This document shows, piece by piece, positions 61,864-64,000 of a stretch of DNA of 64,000 bases. The stretch's first letter is position 1. The number at the start of each line of letters is the position of its first letter. Under the pieces are notes generated by a model, which saw only the letters and a list, made by a program, of their open reading frames with translations, was not told the DNA's origin and did no database searches. The DNA lies in NCBI GenBank assembly GCA_963758295.1, contig CAVWUU010000006.1, positions 97,779 through 161,778 of the forward strand, read 5' to 3'. The translations under genes were made by a program, and so were the position numbers. This DNA is from Candidatus Eremiobacteria bacterium. GTDB taxonomy: Bacteria > Vulcanimicrobiota > Vulcanimicrobiia > Vulcanimicrobiales > Vulcanimicrobiaceae.

Positions 61864-63662
61864 GGTGGCGCGACTTGCCTCCAGTGGGACGCCGCCGTCA
61901 CGCGTCACCTGCACCAGACCGTCGTCAGTGGTCGCCCAGATGACCCCGGCATCCAGTGTGGTCGTGGCGAGATAGAGAATCGTGTCGTAGATCTCTGCCC
62001 CCGACTCGTCGTGCGAAACCGGTCCGCCTGAATCGAGCTGTTTGGTCTTGTCGTTGCGCGTTAGATCGGGGCTGATGGCGTTCCAGGTTTTATCCACAAT
62101 AGGCGCTCTCAAAGACGACGTTGCCTCCGACGAGCGCTTTTCCGTCGTTCGTAAACGCAATGGGCGTGTCCCAATCGAACCGATATCTCAGCCGGCTCGC
62201 TGCATGCACGCCACTCAATACTGCGTAGGGAGCCCGTCAGGGCCTGCTTTGTCCAAGCGTTCCACAGATAGATTTGCCCTGTATCAGAGTTCGTCGAGCT
62301 TGACCAAACCAGACCGAGGTCTTTTGGATCGATCACCGCCCACATGCCGTCACCGGGGACCACCTGATACCAATCCCGGTTCATGACGCCGATCCCATTG
62401 GGTGGTGCCGACGGACCGCACCACGAGTTGTCGTCCTGCAAGCCGATGCAGACGCGATAGTTCTTGTCCAGCGGCCCAAGCCCCACGTGGTACGGCTGGG
62501 CGAAGGGCAGATCGTACGGCTGCCAAAAGTGCGCACCGCCATCGGACGAGGCGATGACGCCTTCATCGCATCCGACGACAATGCGCTTGCCGTCGGCTGA
62601 CCACCAGATCGCATGATAATCCCAACCGGCGTTAGTCGCGATCGCGTGAAAAGAGCGGCCGCCGTCGGTACTCATCAAGAATTAGTGCGACGTTGATGAG
62701 TCGGCTTGAAATTTGCCGGGTCGACGAAAATGCTGCTGAAGTAGAATGGCCGCGCACCGAGAAACGAGCTGTGCGGCATCTTGTTCCACGTCGCTCCGCC
62801 GTCGTCGGAACGCCACAGTTCGCCCTTGCGGGATTGTATGACCGCGTAGATTCGGCCACGCATTCCCGCAGCCAAGCCGATGCGGCCGCTGAAGCCGCTC
62901 GGCAAGCCGCTGCCGATCAGCTTGCGCCACGTTGCGCCGTTGTCGTCGGAGCGATAGATGCCGCCGAGCGGGCCACCGCTGTCGAGTCGCCAGGGCATTA
63001 GTCGAAACTGCCAGACGCCCGCAAAAAGCGTCGCGGGCCGATCCGGAACGCGCACGAGGGACGAAACGCCGCTCGCGAGAAAAATTCAGCGTCGAGCGCG
63101 CGCATCCAATGCGCGCCGCCGTCGTGCGTGACGTAGACACCGCGATCCGGATCGTCTGCCGAAACGCGCCCAAGCACCCCGGTAACAGACGATTCGACGA
63201 TTGCGAGGATCGATGGCGATGCTCAAGATGTGGGCGGAGCGCTCGAGGCCGAGGTGCTGCCAGCTCCTGCCGCCGTCAAGGGAATGATAGACGCCGTCGC
63301 CCGACTCCACGTCGTTGCGTGGATTCGATTCGCCGGTTTCCAACCCAGACATCGTGATCGTCTTCGAGACGAAGATCCAGATACTCCCAATCGGTGCGAC
63401 CGGCTCGCGGTCGAAAACCGCAGACCAGGACGCTCCGCCGTCGGTCGTCTTGAAAACACCGCCGCCGGCGCCGCCGGCAAAGTATAAGCGTGAATCGCGA
63501 TTGCTCCCGGCAACGGCGGTGCTGCGTCCTCCGCTAATCGCACAGCCGGAATTTCGCGATACTTCAAAGTGAGAAAGCGCTCGAACCGGCCTCCGCTTTC
63601 ACCGGCAACGGCAAAGCGGCCAGCACGAGCATGCTGGAAAAAAGCAATATTCGTGCGAGCAT
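61861..63662 (-). pseudogene. BNR/VPS10-type beta-propeller (glycosyl-hydrolase-like) secreted protein, frameshifted and 3'-truncated
   Basis: GGVFKTTDGG.SW, GDGVY.S.DGG.SW, SDDNGATW and GLQDDNSW Asp-box repeats; no stop codon of its own at the junction. Confidence 0.75.
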
Positions 63663-63736
63663 CAGCACTCTTTTACCTGGTAAAGCCACACCGCCTCTCT
63701 AAAGGAGGGCGCCGGTTAGGGCCCTAAGGCGCGGCG

Positions 63737-64000
63737 ATGCTCGAAATCGCGGGCGGCGCCGTGCGAGCCTACTACCTGTTTGACGTCGCCGACACGATTG
63801 ATCTGGCAAAGGTGAGCATGCTGGGTGGCGAGACGCGCGCCCCCGCGGCGCTTCCGCTGAGCCGCCAAGCGCCTCCGTATTTGCAGTTTCCCGTTCCGCC
63901 TGTGGGTCGCGAATCTGCCGGAAGCCGACTTCGACGGGCTGCACTCCCGCGGTACGGGTAAAGTTCTACGACTACGGAGTCATCTCGCTTCGATTGACCT
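63737..64000 (+). CDS. Hypothetical protein, partial (runs off the window; frameshifted)
   Basis: YLFDVADTIDL..KFYDYGVISLRL; AGGA-N18-TAA motif 9 nt upstream. Confidence 0.6.

Noticed and set aside
61864..62386. C-terminal part of the 298-aa ORF and the 114-aa plus-strand ORF as real protein
   Set aside because: This sequence is the reverse complement of the BNR/VPS10 gene.
1..64000. Prophage, IS element, integron, tRNA/rRNA or defence island
   Set aside because: No integrase, transposase, phage structural, nuclease-defence or stable-RNA signatures recognised.

Overview
GC-rich bacterial chromosomal segment with dense housekeeping and accessory genes. I see no rRNA, tRNA, CRISPR array, integrase or transposase. 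The gene content (TonB-type receptors with N-terminal carboxypeptidase-regulatory-like domains, TolC, Firmicute-style sufCDSU, copper-amine-oxidase-N 'stalk' protein) suggests a diderm Terrabacterium, possibly Ca. Eremiobacterota/Vulcanimicrobiota; this is inference only. Main blocks in order: (1) a minus-strand run of ECF sigma, zinc-anti-sigma/O6-methylguanine methyltransferase fusion, Pcp-like protein lacking the catalytic Cys, degenerate PHP domain with a histone-H1-like tail, and an EF-G paralogue; (2) a complete rsbRST stressosome operon wired to a hybrid kinase and a REC-PP2C; (3) DUF485-actP; (4) sufCDSU with a divergent SufR-like regulator and a second NifU-like gene; (5) two tandem TonB-dependent-receptor paralogues; (6) a 5 x ~269-bp array of REP-bounded long hairpins between a Lon-N gene and folD; (7) tldD/tldE, secreted proteins, RND adaptor plus TolC, an Ahb/Nir-like protein, two peptide-binding proteins, a GT87, a site-2 protease and ndh; (8) an abrupt junction fusing two truncated convergent genes. 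Many genes after ~20.9 kb carry clustered single-base indels that look like long-read errors. The most interesting signals are the ECF/anti-sigma-alkyltransferase locus with two apparent pseudo-enzymes, the hairpin array, and a recurring sigma-H-like promoter motif 9-12 nt upstream of start codons that mostly lack a Shine-Dalgarno sequence.
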